Notes: generated by a model not told the origin, from the sequence alone. DNA of 63,937 bases, filler included, from Perkinsus olseni (GCA_013115125.1; 57 parts of 57 records of this genome joined end to end with filler, not necessarily neighbours in it); one strand, 5' to 3'. Positions 36,318-49,664 are shown, counted from the first letter of the whole stretch. Made by a program: numbers and translations.

Positions 36318-37330
36318 GACGCAGGCATATCTGGAGTTTGGAATGGTGGCTCGGTGGTTCGAGATGTTGGCCAGTCTAGCGGCTGGGTCAAAGGCGAATC
36401 CACAGAGATCAAGGACTCGATCGCAGATGCTGCGTCTGTGACTAGAAACGATATCTGGTGGAAAACTCCTGCAAAAGCAGTAGGCGGAACCTTGGAACTC
36501 TGGCAACGAGAAGATTCTGATGCGTCTGTTGGCGGTTCCTCTGTGTATGAAGGTGTAGACGGATCTTCAACAGCAGGAATCAACACGATGTGGAGCGCAG
36601 AGGGGCTGCCGCAGACTTCTGGCTCGAAGGGTGTGTGGGATACATCAACAACGGCGAGCTCGTCCACTGGTCTTCAAGGCTGGGCAGCGAGTTCCCATGC
36701 GCCTCAAGTCGGAAGATCCAGTGCTTTTTCCGGGCATACGGCAGAACCCGACGCAGGCATATCTGGAGTTTGGAATGGTGGCTCGGTGGTTCGAGATGTT
36801 GGCCAGTCTAGCGGCTGGGTCAAAGGCGAATCCACAGAGATCAAGGACTCGATCGCAGATGCTGCGTCTGTGACTAGAAACGATATCTGGTGGAAAACTC
36901 CTGCACAAGCAGTAGGCGGAACCTTGGAACTCTGGCAACGAGAAGATTCTGATGCGTCTGTTGGCGGTTCCTCTGTGTATCAAACTGTAGATGGATCTTC
37001 AACAGCAGGAATCAACACGATGTGGACCACAGAGGGGTCGCCGGAAACTTCTGGCTCGAAGGGGGTATGGGATAAATCAACAACAGCGAGCTCATCCACT
37101 AGTCTTCAAGGCTGGGCGGCGAGTTCCCATGTGCCTCAAGTCGGAAGATCCAGTGCCTTTTCCGGGCATACGGCAGAACCCGACGCAGGCATATCTGGAG
37201 TTTGGAATGGTGGCTCGGTGGTTCGAGATCTTGGCCAGTCTAGCGGATGGGTCAAAAGCGAATCCACAGAGATCAAGGACTCAATCAAAGATCCCGCGTC
37301 TGTGACTAGAAACGATATCTGGTGGAAAAC
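36318..37330 (+). CDS. Large tandem-repeat protein fragment, 432-bp/144-aa unit (about 2.3 copies), Ser/Gly/Thr/Trp-rich
   Basis: Units start at 36316, 36748 and 37180. The frame is open throughout, with substitutions but no indels between copies. Confidence 0.85.
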
Positions 37331-37430
37331 NNNNNNNNNNNNNNNNNNNNNNNNNNNNNNNNNNNNNNNNNNNNTTAATTAATTAANNNNNNNNNNNNNN
37401 NNNNNNNNNNNNNNNNNNNNNNNNNNNNNN

Positions 37431-38445
37431 GTAAACCCGCACGACTACTGCTTCGCACCGCCGCACTGGCAGATGCGACGAAAACAACGAGGGCTGCGAG
37501 TCGGTCTACATCACCTCGGTCACGGTTCTCTCGGCATCCGCCACTGAGATCAAATTCAACGGCAACCCTGGCCTCAACGACGGCGACGTAATTTGGAACG
37601 TCCTAGGATTTTGCCTGGGTGGTAACCACATCAGATCATCTCCCTCGGTGACAACATCAGTCCTGGTGAGCACATTTCCGCGGAGGAGTTCGACCTGGTT
37701 AAAGGATGGGCCAGGTGCCTAGTGACATTCAAACTGCGTCTATGCCATCCTCAATAGGTATGCCGGCACCTCTGGCTCCTATTTTGTCGGTAACCCTGTC
37801 ACGATAATACCTGACGACCCTGCCACAGTGACCATCCCTGTTGGATGGTCTCGGACCCCAGCCCCGCAGATTGTCGGTGGAAGGAGCCCCTCAGGCCATG
37901 GCCACTCCCCTTCTTCAGGTTGTGGTTACGGATAGTCTTGGTCGTGGTGGGCATTGGTATTCCCACTCACATGCGGCTACTAAGGAGGAGCTCGTTAGTC
38001 ACTCCCCCATCACCGAAGCCAAGCTGTGTTATTCGTACGGTCAACACAATAACTACCACGCCCATGTAGCTTACCGAGGCTGCCGGTGGCCCCCCTACCA
38101 GCGCCTCTCAGGTGGGCCGTGTCACCTTCGTGGACCCCCCTCAAATGACGGCATCGATCCACCTCACAGCTCGGCAATTAGAGGCGAGAGCGCCGGTGAT
38201 CGTCGAATTCCGAACGGGCGGCGACCCGGCAGCCAACCCGATGTACGGTCGACGGCCGGGTGACACCCAACTCATAGTCCAGGTGATTATTCCATTCTTC
38301 GCATGGATCAACCGAAGGTACCTTACCGCAGGTACAAGATTCTGCAGTGTTTGACTTGCTCATCTCGACCGATGAAGCCCTCACCTTCGAGGAGGCCACT
38401 GCGGGAGGTGAGAGGGTCTGGTTTGATGTGGCCGGACCATCTTCT
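37431..38445 (+). CDS. Multi-exon hypothetical gene fragment, beta-strand-rich
   Basis: Short GT-AG introns separate exon-like segments (CDENNEGCESVYITSVTVLS; YAGTSGSYFVGNPVTII; VGRVTFVDPPQMTASIHLT). Confidence 0.4.
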
Positions 38446-40774
38446 NNNNNNNNNNNNNNNNNNNNNNNNNNNNNNNNNNNNNNNNNNNNTTAATTAATTA
38501 ANNNNNNNNNNNNNNNNNNNNNNNNNNNNNNNNNNNNNNNNNNNNTCCCTCAAGAAGGCTTCCTCAGGGAGCCTCCGTCTACACCATAGCTCGACTATTG
38601 GGGACTCAACAGTTCCCTAGTGTTACGAAGGAGAAAAGGAACGAGACAGCGTGGTGCTCAGTATAGTTGCGCCCACGAGCAGCGATGAAAACCTCCATTT
38701 CGGTACCGTCCGCCCTCACCCCAAGGCCCGATCTTTCAGCGTTCTTCCAAGGATGACGCATCCCACGAGGGGTTCTCCCTCTCCCCGTGATAATTACGCC
38801 GTTAGGGTGTACGGTCGGATAATGGTGTTGATGATGATGATTTTGGTAATTGTCAGCTTCTCATTCCATTCAAGACTCGAATTTCAAGTACATTCATTCA
38901 CTATCTGAGCCGTGCTAATACAGGTCCTGCTACAGTAGCAGTGCTATCGCTCATGTGTGCCTACTGTGTGCTGTTGCATGCTCATCGACATGATGTCAAA
39001 CCTGGATGAAGTCCATTGGGTAGGAAAGACAGATGTCTATCGGATGGACCCCCCTCAATCCTGCCCATATATTGTCAAGCTTGATTGTGATACTGTCACT
39101 CTTGCATATGCTATTTTTGCCCTTGTAAAACTTGCTTTCAACATTGTTACTCTTGCCTGTTCACTTGTCAAACTTACACGGGAGGCGGTGCACTACGCGT
39201 GAGTAGCTATAGGCTATAGCTAGCTTTTAGAAATACCGAGCTTAGGGACTGCGATGCTGGGGCCCAACAGTTGAGTTCATAGATGGACGTGACCTCTCTC
39301 TCCATTGAGGATTCAGGAGTTGTCGGTCACTCCTCACTTCACGTTCACCGCGGCGTTAACGTCTATTCTGCGCTCTTCGTGCAAGACTTCACCCTGCGAC
39401 CGCCCAAGGCACAGTTGCGTGCGTTCCCGGCGCGTGCGAGCATAGTGACTGTGGCATAGTGACGTTTCCTTGTGCCAAAAATGAGACCGGAGGGCGGCCC
39501 TCCGACGGCCCGACATGATAAGCGATGTAGTTCGAGGTGCAGGTAGTACAGGATGGGCATNNNNNNNNNNNNNNNNNNNNNNNNNNNNNNNNNNNNNNNN
39601 NNNNTTAATTAATTAANNNNNNNNNNNNNNNNNNNNNNNNNNNNNNNNNNNNNNNNNNNNGCTTGATGCGAAGAATCTCAGCTGTTGCCTCTCTTCTATT
39701 GTTCATGCCGTGGTCCACGCAAGATAGCAGGTCCTGAATGGAACGTCCTTAGCGTACCTTCAGAGAGGATCAGCTGTGCACGCGTGCACAAGAAACAATC
39801 GACGCATAGCGGTCCCATGGTCGCGTAATTGTCCGGCCAGGTCTTCTCGGCGGATCGATCTGAGGCTGCTGTCGATCCGTTTCGACTCCCAGGTTGGCAG
39901 TTATGGGAACTATCCCGACCCTGGGGTCTCACGTCCAGCGACGGGCGGCGCTAGAGGACGCTCAGCTTATACAGAACAGCCTGAACCATTGAGTGTGTCC
40001 GAGAATCTCTGGACCGGATACAAGGAAGATTGTGGAGGCAATTTCAAATATCACCTGTGATCAAGAAGCATGAGGCGGAAGGGCAGAAGGCCAAAACTTT
40101 CGGCAGGGTTGCACCTGGTGCGAAGTCAAATCACAGCGTACCGACGTAGGGGAGTACGCGTGCCAACGCCTGTAGGAATCTGTTCCTGCGTGCCATTGCG
40201 CCGAGCGAATTTGTCCATTTTTCTTTGTGAAGCATTTCGTGCCTACCGTTCTCACAGTGCCGTACACCAGGTGGAGGGTGTCTGCTTCCTGACGTCAGCA
40301 AGCATATCAGGGGCAGCCCACACCCGTCTTCCTGAAGTTGTCCGCCTACGAGAGCACGTATGAATATCGGATCGAGGGCCGACCTCACATCCGACTGGGG
40401 TCTTGAGTGAGGCGGACTCCCTGTGAATCAGGCAACCTCAGGTACACTAGCAGTGGTCGGGACGAGCTCGTGCTCCTTCGGACATGCTTGACTAGGCCAC
40501 GCGGCTTCAAGTTTGACTCCAGTGTTGGGTTAAGCGTAGCGGAGGGTATCACATACTTTTTGCCGCGCGCTGAGGTTCGCGTCGTGGACGGCCTTGGCTG
40601 ACTCTCTCTCATCGACCACTGGTAGTTCTAGGACATATAAGCTCTTCATTGAATGGCACAAAAGCCTAAAGTATNNNNNNNNNNNNNNNNNNNNNNNNNN
40701 NNNNNNNNNNNNNNNNNNTTAATTAATTAANNNNNNNNNNNNNNNNNNNNNNNNNNNNNNNNNNNNNNNNNNNN

Positions 40775-41787
40775 GTCACTAAGGCTATTAGGGCTAGTAC
40801 TCGATCAGACGATGATAACTCCTATATTGCGGATTACCTTATGGCAGTGAGGGCTTACAACATGACCCCCCGGTTGTGGGCTAACCTTCCCCCCGCGGAG
40901 CTCCATTTCACCTATGGTGTTAGGGTTCCGGGAGAGAGAGGTGAGTATAGTGACGAGGTCGATTGGGACGCCTTAAAGATGAAGTACATCGATACGGACA
41001 CCATCAAGTTCATGAGAGACGGTCTCCTAGTGTTAGAGGATGCTCGGAAGGATGCCGAAGTGCGGTTGTACGAGTATCTGGATTTGTGGAGAATCCGTCA
41101 GGAGAGGAATTTGGAGAGGATGGCTAAGAACAACGATCGTGTTTATAGTCCCAAATTGTTCGATATCGTCTTTACGTCGAAGAGTCCGCAACACCGCATA
41201 GGGCATCATCTGGACACTATATGGTCCGGACCCCATACGGTTACTGGTCTGAAGGGAAGCTCTGTGGTAGAGGTGATACCTGGAATAATATTTCCGGGGT
41301 TAGGTGGAGTCGACATTGATGACGTGGACGACTCTAGGGTTATGGTTCCCGAGCAATACGGGAAGCCAGAGGTCTTCGCCCTGAAGAACGTTGTTCATGC
41401 CGCGGCCTTGCAAGGAGTCATTTATGAGTACCTCGATAGGGGAGTCAGGGTCTATTTGGACGCTGACGGAACACTCAAAGAGATGAAGCTCCAGGACGGC
41501 GATGATGACTGTGAATTGGTAAGGCGGGCTAGGGCCAAGACAGAGTTGAAAAGGTTGGCAAAGAAGGCTGAAGAGGCTGAAGGATTGGGGTCACCCCAAG
41601 GAAGTCTATTGCCTCCGGGAGTCGAGCCATTGGATTCGGTGGAGGATGAAGATGATGTTCAGTTGCCGCCTAATGTCAACCCTGATGTATCGTCGGAGGA
41701 AGAGCCTTCGGACTCTTCTGAGGAAGATGATACTGAAGATAGAAGGATAGTTGATGTCCCCTCTCTAAGAGAACGCTTAGGTAGTGC
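40775..41787 (+). mobile_element. Ty3/Gypsy-like integrase C-terminal region
   Basis: AVRAYNMTP..LPPAELHF marks the end of the core, followed by WSGPHTV (GPY/F-like motif) and an acidic tail. Confidence 0.75.
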
Positions 41788-41887
41788 NNNNNNNNNNNNN
41801 NNNNNNNNNNNNNNNNNNNNNNNNNNNNNNNTTAATTAATTAANNNNNNNNNNNNNNNNNNNNNNNNNNNNNNNNNNNNNNNNNNNN

Positions 41888-42900
41888 GCGTAGGTGGCAA
41901 GGGCGGCAGTCAGACGACCTGGCGAATGCTTCGAGTCATCAAAGAAGGCCATATCCTGAAACCATAGCAAAGTATCCGCTCACGGCGATCAAGGAGCTCC
42001 TTACCTGCTCCAGGAACTTCGCGAAGCACAGCGTCCTAACCCTCTTCGTTAGATGCTCGCCGATAAAGGCGAAACCACCCATCTGCGTGAAAGCTCCGAA
42101 TAAGGTGGATATTCCGAGAATAACATACCTGACAGAAGAGACGCAGGCGGGAATGCATCGGCAGTGAACTAGTCAGGAGCTTCGAAGGACAAATATGAAG
42201 GGAGCTGGCCGAGGCGGCAGGTTGAATCACCCAATAGATGCCAGCCTAACTCCGTCCATCATATCATCGGGATCCGGCTTGTAGAAGGCTCGCATTGACC
42301 GAGCTAACAGGAACCCTTCGAATGGCATGACCGAGCCGAAGACGGCAGCTCCCAATAGGGCCGGCATGTAGAAGCCACACTCGGGCTTAGACAGAGCGAA
42401 GATCCTTCTCCACGGGACCTGATGGAAAAAGGGTGATGTCACGGTGTTATCCATAGCAACCCGACCCAAGACGAGGACGGCTTTGGACTCTACCTTGTAG
42501 GCCTTAGCGATGGCATCAATCCGCTCACGTTCGATTTCCTTCTCAGTACGGGTTTCCACGAGTTTGGACTGTTCTCCAGCTTGAGGACCACCTTACAGGA
42601 GATGGATGTTGTGGACGAGACGCGACAAGTTGAGGATCAACTTCAAGTTGACAACTTACCATGACTTGACACGCTGGAGCTCACGTTAGAGCTGAAACGA
42701 TGACAGCCTCATGAAAGACCATATAACCAAGCCAAAAACTTACGGTTGGCGCAAGAGGCTGGGACGACCGCCCTTATTAGCCTCCGAGGCTGCAGCCTGC
42801 TGAGCTGCAACGAGGGAATGGTATACTCCCTGCGGTTTACCTGTAGATATCCATTGATAGCGCGGTAGTACCTCAGCCTCACCAATGAGCTTTTCATGAG
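41888..42900 (-). CDS. ABC transporter subfamily B (MDR/P-glycoprotein-like), internal multi-exon fragment: end of NBD1, linker and start of TMD2
   Basis: The spliced reading gives HEKLI|GKPQGVYHSLVAAQ...AYK|VPWRRIFALSKPE...|YVILGISTLFGAFTQMGGFAFIGEHLTKRVRTLCFAKFLEQ|DMAFFDDSKHSPGRLTAALAT, with about 6 short GT-AG introns. Confidence 0.92.
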
Positions 42901-43083
42901 NNNNNNNNNNNNNNNNNNNNNNNNNNNNNNNNNNNNNNNNNNNNTTAATTAATTAANNNNNNNNNNNNNNNNNNNNNNNNNNNNNNNNNNNNNNNNNNNN
43001 CGTTCACAAGTTGTGGATTACAACGCTAAAGGTGCGGTCAGCCATGTTGAATCTCCCTTATAGTTTGTCGTCTTTGAGCGAGA

Positions 43084-44012
43084 ATGCCTCCCAAGAAAAC
43101 CCTCGATCAGAAGAAGAAGGATTGGTCTGCGATATTCGCCTGGGTCGAGTGGGCAGTAGACGACGAGGGGGAGGATCTCTATAAATGCTCCGTTTGCACA
43201 AAGGGTGTTTGGAGTGACTACAGGAGATTCTCTGGGAACATGCAGAAGTCTTTGTTCGACCAGCACGCTGATGACAAACACCACCGCGAGAGCCTCCTAC
43301 AAGCCGAGGGTAAGGCCCAGATGAAGGCCTACTGGGGTGGTATCATCGCAAGTGCACAGGCTAAGAAGCAGCAGGAAGAGGCGAAGATGGTAGCGGAGAA
43401 GAGCCAGCAGTTCAAGGCTCTTCTGTGGCTTGTACAGAATGAGGTGGCTATGGCGAAATACCCAAGCTTTATCGAGCTTATTGACGAACTGGTCAGCCGT
43501 GAGCATAGTCATACCTCGGCCAAGTCTGGCTGGGAAATGGCTCGGTCGTGCTCCGCCGTGTGCAGGAAGCGTTGGACCGACAAAATAAGAGAGGCCCCCA
43601 TGCACTGTCTTATATTGGATAGCACAAATGATGGCGATAATTGGGTTGCTATCCTTTGCCGTTTCGTTGACTCGAGGGGGAGAACTGAGACCGCCTTTTG
43701 GGATATTGTTCCTATGGTCGACCAAAAGGCCGACACCTTTGTTGGCATCGTGGCCGAACTCTACAAGTCGGACCAGATCGACGAAAAGCGATGCGTGGCA
43801 ATAGCGAGTGACGGCTGCACTACGATGAAGCGTTTCGCTGAGGACCTCAGTGCATTGTTCGGCGGGGGCACGTTCTGGTGCCACTGTCTGAGCCATAGGC
43901 TCGACTTAGCCCTAAGCAGGGATGCGTGGACCAAAAGCAACTTCTGTAAGATGATTGAGGCAGGGCTCAGATCAGCGTACCTTCTCTTCAACAGGAGTAC
44001 TACCAGAAAAAA
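43084..44012 (+). mobile_element. hAT-superfamily transposase, N-terminal half (ZNF862/TTF-like)
   Basis: A CSVC...H..H zinc finger, then LILDSTND (D1), ASDG (D2) and CHCLSHRLDLA (CxxH motif). Confidence 0.88.
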
Positions 44013-44113
44013 NNNNNNNNNNNNNNNNNNNNNNNNNNNNNNNNNNNNNNNNNNNNTTAATTAATTAANNNNNNNNNNNNNNNNNNNNNNNNNNNNNNNN
44101 NNNNNNNNNNNNT

Positions 44114-45123
44114 GTGAACGCTGAGTCCGTGGGTACGGAAGCCTCTACGAAGAGTGAAGCTACCGCAGCTACTGTGCAAACCCATACCATTAATGAGGTT
44201 AACTTGTGTAGTGGTTCACTCTATGAAACCTTGGTGGTATATGTGGGACAATCAGACCAACATGAAGCCTCACTGCGCGGGTTACTTGATACCGGCGCTT
44301 CTGAAGGATTCGTGGAAGAATCTTTGGCTGATGCTATGGTAAAGAAAGGTGGTGGGTTCTTAGAAGACCTACGCCCTCCCTTAAGGGTCACCCTAGCTGA
44401 TAACTCTTTGAAGCTTCTCACCAAAAGGTGGAGATGCTTCGTGAAGCAGGCTACAGTGGATGGTCAGGTTGTATGGAAACTGTTATCCTTCAATGTGATG
44501 GCTAATACTCACCATCCTGGTCTTATTATTGGGCGTAATCAGTTCAAGCTACTGGGTTATGTCATTGGTAAAAAAGTCCGATGCGATAAAGGCCAATCTG
44601 CATGCGTATTGAACAACTCTATGAACGACAAGATGGTTAAGAGGATAGATAGTGACGACATTTCAGTAGAATGTTGCCATGCTAATGTGGGTGATGCGTG
44701 TAGCATTAATCCTAAAAGTAACATTGAGTTCAAAGAGTATGTGGGTCGTATGGCAACTTTAGAGTGGAGAAGCTCAAAGAGACCATCACGATCGTATCAT
44801 GCAGCAGTGAAGCGAGCTAAGCGTCTCGAGTACACTCTCAATAAAAGAGGTGGTCAAGCCTTGGTGGATAGTTATGATGAGCAGTTCAAGTCGTGGTTGG
44901 AAAGTGGGTTTATTCGCCCTGTGGAGGATGATGAGGTTAAGCACTACCTATTTCATCACCCCGTTATCAGGGTGGGTCATCCAACAACGCCGATGAGACC
45001 AGTTATTAATGGCCAAAGCTTGGACCCCTTCCTGAAGCCTGCTGATTGTAATCTGCTCCAGATAGTGGATATACTGCTACAGTGGAGGCAGACGCGGAAG
45101 TGGGCTACTATGGATTTATCAAA
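44114..45123 (+). mobile_element. Bel/Pao-like pol fragment: aspartic protease + start of RT
   Basis: Protease motifs GLLDTGASEGFV and LIIGRN. RT start HYLFHHPVIR..TTPMRPVING, ILLQWR and MDLS. Confidence 0.9.
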
Positions 45124-46334
45124 NNNNNNNNNNNNNNNNNNNNNNNNNNNNNNNNNNNNNNNNNNNNTTAATTAATTAANNNNNNNNNNNNNNNNNNNNN
45201 NNNNNNNNNNNNNNNNNNNNNNNCTCCGCCCAACCTCATAGGGAACCAGCCGACCTCATCCACTGGTAGTGGCAACGCCTTTATTGCCAGTGTATAGCGG
45301 ACATCGCCCTCCAAGGGAGTCATCTGCAACGCCCAACATCAGGCAACCGGACTACTCCTCAGGCTCACATCGTCAGGGAAGATAACTCGGACCACGGCAT
45401 CATTATTGCCGATGCCCTCTAGGTGGCATCTGCCATTCAGGCTGCCACAGCGCATGCCCTCGGCCGGGTAGCACCTGCCAACAGCCACAGTTGTCGCAGC
45501 TGCCGATAAGCTCATTTACCATCCCTCACAGCGACGACCACTCTCTATCCTACTAGAGGCTTTCCAGGCGGTCAGGGGCCAGAGATACACCCGAAGGTTG
45601 CTGTCACCGACAATCTTCCCGAGCCCACTGCGCTCGCCTGCCTATCAGGGTTGCCATTGAGGCGACAGGAAGCTGCCCTCTCTTACCTGCGATACTGAGG
45701 GTGATCTCCCTGGCCACGCCCAAGTCTCCTGGGTTTTGGAGCAAAGCTGGGACGAGGGCGTCGAAGGCTTCCTGAGCCGGCCAGTTGGGATCGGTTGAGC
45801 GGGCGGGCGGCAGTGGGGGCCTATCCGGGCTGATACCTACACAGGCAGACGGGGGAGAAGGGGGGTATCCAGATGTCGATTCTTGCTCAACACGGAATCC
45901 CGTCAGTCGTGCTCACCTACCTGCTTTGCCGAGTTCAAGGACCGTGTAGGGACTAGTAGCGATGTAGTCCATCGAGAAGATCCACAAGTGGGCGGTGTTC
46001 GCTTGAAGGGCCGCCTCGTGCACTACTGCGTTGAAGACCTGAGGCGGGGGGCTACGAAGGGAGATGCTAGCTGGGGTGATTACTAGTTGGTAGGTGCTGT
46101 TGTCGGCAAGACCATTTCTGCTATCGAAGACGATCCCTATGCTCCTCTTCCGACCGTGTGTTCGGTACCAGCACCTGAGAGATCTTTCGGAGCCAGGCAA
46201 CTGCTGCAGAATGCTCGGGCCTTCACACTAAGAANNNNNNNNNNNNNNNNNNNNNNNNNNNNNNNNNNNNNNNNNNNNTTAATTAATTAANNNNNNNNNN
46301 NNNNNNNNNNNNNNNNNNNNNNNNNNNNNNNNNN

Positions 46335-46956
46335 TCGACTCCCCCAAGGGCCTCTTCCTAACAAAAGCCGCTGATTGCCCTTACCAACCAGATCTGTCTC
46401 TCACCCTGGGCCTCTTCCCTGTGTCACCAATAACAACCGATTGGAACCTGAAGCTTGCCCGGCACTTCTGGTCACCTGCACAGCGGCATGACGCTCGATA
46501 GTGAGTCATACGACCACCACCACCTTGCGACGTTGGCCTGCCGAGGTTGAGCATCTCCCCTGGGCCGGCGTATCGCACCTCCGCTGCCCCCAGCCTGTTG
46601 TCGTCGACGAAAGTTGCACTTCGTCCGATGTTCCTTACCTAAGGACCTAAGGAATCAGACAAACTATCCGTCCATCGCCGTCGGGCCTCACCGTTATGAC
46701 GAACTTCTGTTCTTGTCGAGCGTAGGGCGACAGGAGGTTGAGCCCAACGGCACAGTGATGACCCGACACAGCATCAGCTGAAGCCCAGGCGCTCACTGGA
46801 GACCGCGGCGTCAGTCTTACCGTTGACAACGATATCGCACTCGGCCTTCCTTCCAATGCTTCTCGTCTCACCGTCGCGAATCAACCACGCTTTGCCCTCG
46901 CCCTCCGTCGAGACTGGTATGAGGAGCAAGGCCTCCGCTGTGGGTGGGTCATCCAT
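46335..46956 (-). CDS. FHA-domain protein, multi-exon 5' part (3' boundary uncertain)
   Basis: The spliced reading gives SIGRKAECDIVVN|ADAVSGHHCAV...FVIT|VRNIGRSATFVDDNRL, with the GR, SxxH and TFV FHA motifs. Confidence 0.75.
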
Positions 46957-48555
46957 CCACACGGAGGACGATGATGAGAAATACACACAAGAACTGAGCG
47001 GACGAGGCTTCCAGAAACACGTGGCTAAATGGACGCATGGCCGCCCTCCCGAAGAGTTGCAGAAATATTGCAGCCATAATTAAAATCTTAAATATTATTG
47101 CTTCACCCCAGGCCTGCTGAGGTCGTGAGGGTCACCAATTCCCTCATAAAGCCATGAAAATAGAGAACCCAAGCCAAGAGGGGAGAGACCAAGATACTGA
47201 TACATGACACACTGCTCATGCTACGTAGACTCGCCGGTCGTGGTTAACTTCATTCGTTACAAAAATATCTTCGTCATCATTACCTAACCCAACGCCACAT
47301 CGGGCCAGTCCCAGTGAGGCAGATGCCGAACCTCCTCAGTGCAAANNNNNNNNNNNNNNNNNNNNNNNNNNNNNNNNNNNNNNNNNNNNTTAATTAATTA
47401 ANNNNNNNNNNNNNNNNNNNNNNNNNNNNNNNNNNNNNNNNNNNNGCGAAGATACGTCATCATCTTGGGCACTTCAGTCGTCTTGGCCTTCCTTCTCGTT
47501 ATCCCGCGGCTACGCGCATTGGCCACGGGAGACGTTGACCTAAGTGAATCCCATCATAATTGACGTATACACCCAACGTTCACGAGCTACGATGACAACC
47601 TTCAAAGAATAAAAATGGAAAAATAACTACTAGTCGTCATCATCATCTATTAGTCGTCAAATAATCTAGTCGTCTACATAACCCTTCTAGTCGTCCTAGT
47701 CGTCACATACCCTAGTACTTCAAGCCGTCTACCAGTAGTTGGAACCGTCCTCGTCACAGCGTGATCATGGTAGCAGACGTAGAATATAGTCGAAGGCCAA
47801 GTCGTCACTCATAGCGAAAAGGAGGGGGGGAATAAGTGTCGTAAGTTACGACTCGTAACAGTGACGTCGACACGCCACAACTAGTCCAACGTAGACGTAA
47901 ATATACAAGGACGAGCCACAAGAGAACAAAGCAGCGATTATCGATCTACCTCTACGTCTAATAGCACGTCACGGGAGTCGTGGGGCCGAGGAACAATACG
48001 CTAAGCCCGTGCTTAAGCTAAAATTGAGAAAGAGCAAGAGTCGTTAAGAGTGCAAGACGTGCGAAATGGCGCTACTTAGCTAAACTACCCCTACCGCTAC
48101 GTAGCCCAACCGTGATTAGTTGGGGGGTAGATGACCATTCACGTAGTCGAGCAACTCCACCAGCTCTCTTCCTCTAGCCCTCGTGAGTGATCTGCTTGAT
48201 GGCCTGACGTAGATAACGTTCTCAATAGCCGTGTTGAAGCAGTCTTTGTCGTTGTTATCAACCGTCTTGGTGGACGGAGGCCTCGCTCTATGCGGGGTAC
48301 CTCACAAATGTAGCGGCCCGAGCGGGGAAGGACCCGCGAGGGCCTGGGGCGAGCGCGGGTGGCCACTGACACCGGGAACTATGGCACGCTCTGCTTGAGG
48401 CCCCAAAAAGTTCTAGCCAAGACCCCAAAAATTTCAACGCGAGACCCCAAAATTANNNNNNNNNNNNNNNNNNNNNNNNNNNNNNNNNNNNNNNNNNNNT
48501 TAATTAATTAANNNNNNNNNNNNNNNNNNNNNNNNNNNNNNNNNNNNNNNNNNNN

Positions 48556-49564
48556 TCGTTGCTTAGTGTGGTCGAACGTCGTTCTCTTCACTCACTTACG
48601 TTGTCGACGACGTCTTCGGGCTTCCAGGTTTCTCAGTTCTGGTTATCGGTTCTTCGAGATTCGTCTCTACGCTTTCCAGTTTTCGTCGACTACGGTCCTT
48701 CGTCCACTGCCCGCCATCTCGTAGCTTGTTCTGAGGCTAGCACTTTCGGTCTCGGTGGATTTGTTTCTTTCTTCAACACAGGCTTGTATTTTTCCCAGCC
48801 TGTTTCTCCGGAGACGTTGGGTCCGTGGTCCACGCTCCTTGCCTCTCCCAACATTATTTACAGCTCGGATATGACGTTGCTCGAGTTGTTAGCGGCCTCC
48901 GCAACCATCAACATGTCACTTCAGCTTGCTTCGTCATTGGATTCCAGGTTTTCTTCATCTTCTACGATGCGCGATAGGAGTCCCATTATACTTCATCTTT
49001 TCACTGATAATCAATCAGTCGTCGGGGCCCTATCGAAGCTCTATTCTCGCAGCTCAACACTTTCTGCGCTACCTAGAAGTATGGCGCAACTCCTTGCTCG
49101 CTCTGGATTCGTCTTGAACACTGTTTACTTGAGTGGTTCTGAGAATTGGCTGATTCCACTAGGCAACTTTCCTACCATTAGGTACCTGATTCCACTTCAT
49201 TGTCTAGGCAACTTTCAACTCCAGTTCTTACCTGCTGGAGACAAGTCCATCCTGATTTTTCCTTTTCTAGTTCACTACAGGGATCGCTCCACTACAGCTT
49301 CGCTCTGAGCGAAGGTTGAGCGAATCGCTCATCCTTTTCAGCTGTTGAGTAGTATGTCGCAGAGTCGGTCATGCCGTCCTTGACGATTCATCAACTTTCG
49401 CAATTATGCCACCAACGTCATCAAGCCCTCAGAGGATCCCTGCAGTTCGTTTGTGGTTTTTCCCTGACCAAACCCTATGGTCAAGTGGACGGTGTTGCCT
49501 TCTCTGCAGTGGACCCCGTTGTCTTGTTCTCAACAGGCATCGGTGTCGACCAAGCCTGATCAGC
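48556..49564 (+). mobile_element. Degenerate DIRS/Ngaro-like retroelement: RNase H followed by a decayed YR-like region
   Basis: Motifs CSEASTFGLGG, MTLLELLAA, FTDNQSVVGALSKLYSRS and YLSGSEN; the expected ADxxSR is lost by frameshift. It is similar to 53668-53994. Confidence 0.8.
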
Positions 49565-49664
49565 NNNNNNNNNNNNNNNNNNNNNNNNNNNNNNNNNNNN
49601 NNNNNNNNTTAATTAATTAANNNNNNNNNNNNNNNNNNNNNNNNNNNNNNNNNNNNNNNNNNNN

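Noticed and set aside
39070-39180. Weak periodic TTGT/CTTG pattern
   Set aside because: It is too degenerate to define a unit or a reading frame.
43297-43896. Long antisense ORFs overlapping TE genes (also 9499-9957, 28991-29395, 50247-50720, 36260-36983)
   Set aside because: They are shadow frames of well-supported opposite-strand ORFs and contain no motifs.
45224-46234. Possible decayed retroelement gag/pol junction
   Set aside because: There are multiple stops and no diagnostic motif, so it cannot be supported.
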